64,000 bases of DNA. Origin: Marsupella aquatica. Lineage: Eukaryota; Plantae; Marchantiophyta. The stretch lies in NCBI GenBank assembly GCA_973895155.1, contig OZ316891.1, positions 27,041,154-27,105,153 on the forward strand. Direction: 5' to 3'. Both the position numbers and the translations under genes were made by a program. The notes beneath the pieces were generated by a model. It made no database searches and was not told the DNA's origin. It saw only the letters and a program-made list of their open reading frames with translations. Shown one piece after another: positions 63,294-64,000 of this stretch (position 1 is the first letter of the stretch; each line of letters starts with the position of its first letter).

Positions 63294-64000
63294 ATGCACC
63301 CTGGTCACCACCCTCCCCAGACCCAACCCAGGGCACAGGCACTGCCTTTGCATCATCCCACAAGGATATCACGCCATGATAATAAGCTTTGGGAGCGTGA
63401 AAGGTTACAAACCAGACTTTCAGGAGCCAGTAGGATGAGATGTCCTTGTGCAATCTGCCAAGGATCCCATACCAGGGGTCTGAATGAGGTTTGGCGGCAT
63501 ATCGCGGTTCATGGAAGAGATCCACGACATCGAGTTTGGAATGATCCTACAGAGGAAGATTCTTCCGACGAGGAGTGGAGGTTAGAATTTGATGTTGCCA
63601 ATGCTGCAAGATGGGCAAGTGAGGTTCTGCCTGGTGCATTTGAAAATGTTGTAGTTGGTCTCTGTGGGTTGTCAGCTCTCCAACGGGATGGTGCTCAGGC
63701 AGCACCACGTGACAAAGGAATTCATGTGGAAGAGATGGTGAGAGACATCTTCCACGACTTGGATGCATTTCACGATGGGCTGGACAATGAAGAGAATACG
63801 GCTACAGATGCAAGTGTGCCCCCTGTCGAAGAGCCTGTTGATGAGTTTGAGATAGGGCAGGAAACCCCTGGACATGATGGGATGTTTGGCTCTCCCCTGC
63901 AAATACAGGAAGGCAGGAAGTCTTTGTACCCCGGTAGCAAATGTTCTAAACTAGGATTTGTCATCATGTTCCTGAACATTTGCGGCAACCACAATGTCCC
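63294..64000 (+). CDS. CACTA transposase N-terminus, copy 2 (open to the window end)
   Basis: ATG at 63294 reads without a stop through CPCAIC...VVVGLCGLSALQRDG...LYPGSKCSKLGF; it lacks the frameshift seen in copy 1. Confidence 0.9.
   Translation, partial: MHPGHHPPQTQPRAQALPLHHPTRISRHDNKLWERERLQTRLSGASRMRCPCAICQGSHTRGLNEVWRHIAVHGRDPRHRVWNDPTEEDSSDEEWRLEFDVANAARWASEVLPGAFENVVVGLCGLSALQRDGAQAAPRDKGIHVEEMVRDIFHDLDAFHDGLDNEENTATDASVPPVEEPVDEFEIGQETPGHDGMFGSPLQIQEGRKSLYPGSKCSKLGFVIMFLNICGNHNV

Larger units (their letters stand above)
53334..64000 (+). mobile_element. CACTA transposon copy 2 (left part; continues beyond the window)
   Basis: Left TIR CACTAGAAGAAACC...TTCTGAGACC at 53334; from ~56140 it is collinear and highly similar to copy 1 at 26375-33293. 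Confidence 0.93.

Overview
This is eukaryotic land-plant nuclear DNA, probably bryophyte-like (inference), and it is dominated by transposable elements. The one clear host gene is an intron-containing histone H1 (10231-11239, minus strand) with a plant histone type-III octamer/CCAAT promoter element. Elements found: the 3' part of a Ty3/Gypsy element with large extra ORFs (1-~6850); a TA-flanked TIR element; three copies of a MULE-like MITE; L1 LINE remnants; a Copia solo LTR; a complete Bianca-type Copia element (44412-51083); and two copies of a large CACTA transposon family (complete 22270-41037 with CAC TSD; partial 53334 to beyond 64000). The main candidate for a new system is the gene cassette upstream of the CACTA transposase. 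It holds a Cys/His-rich protein, a stand-alone EDM2-type PHD module whose N-terminus resembles the histone H3 tail (ARPKIQAKK vs ARTKQTARK), a tandem Pol-lambda-like BRCT protein and an F-box protein. Decayed captured RPL18a and ubiquitin fragments lie further upstream on the opposite strand. This may be a transposon-encoded toolkit for chromatin reading, DNA-repair recruitment and ubiquitination. All family assignments come from motif recognition by eye; no searches were run.
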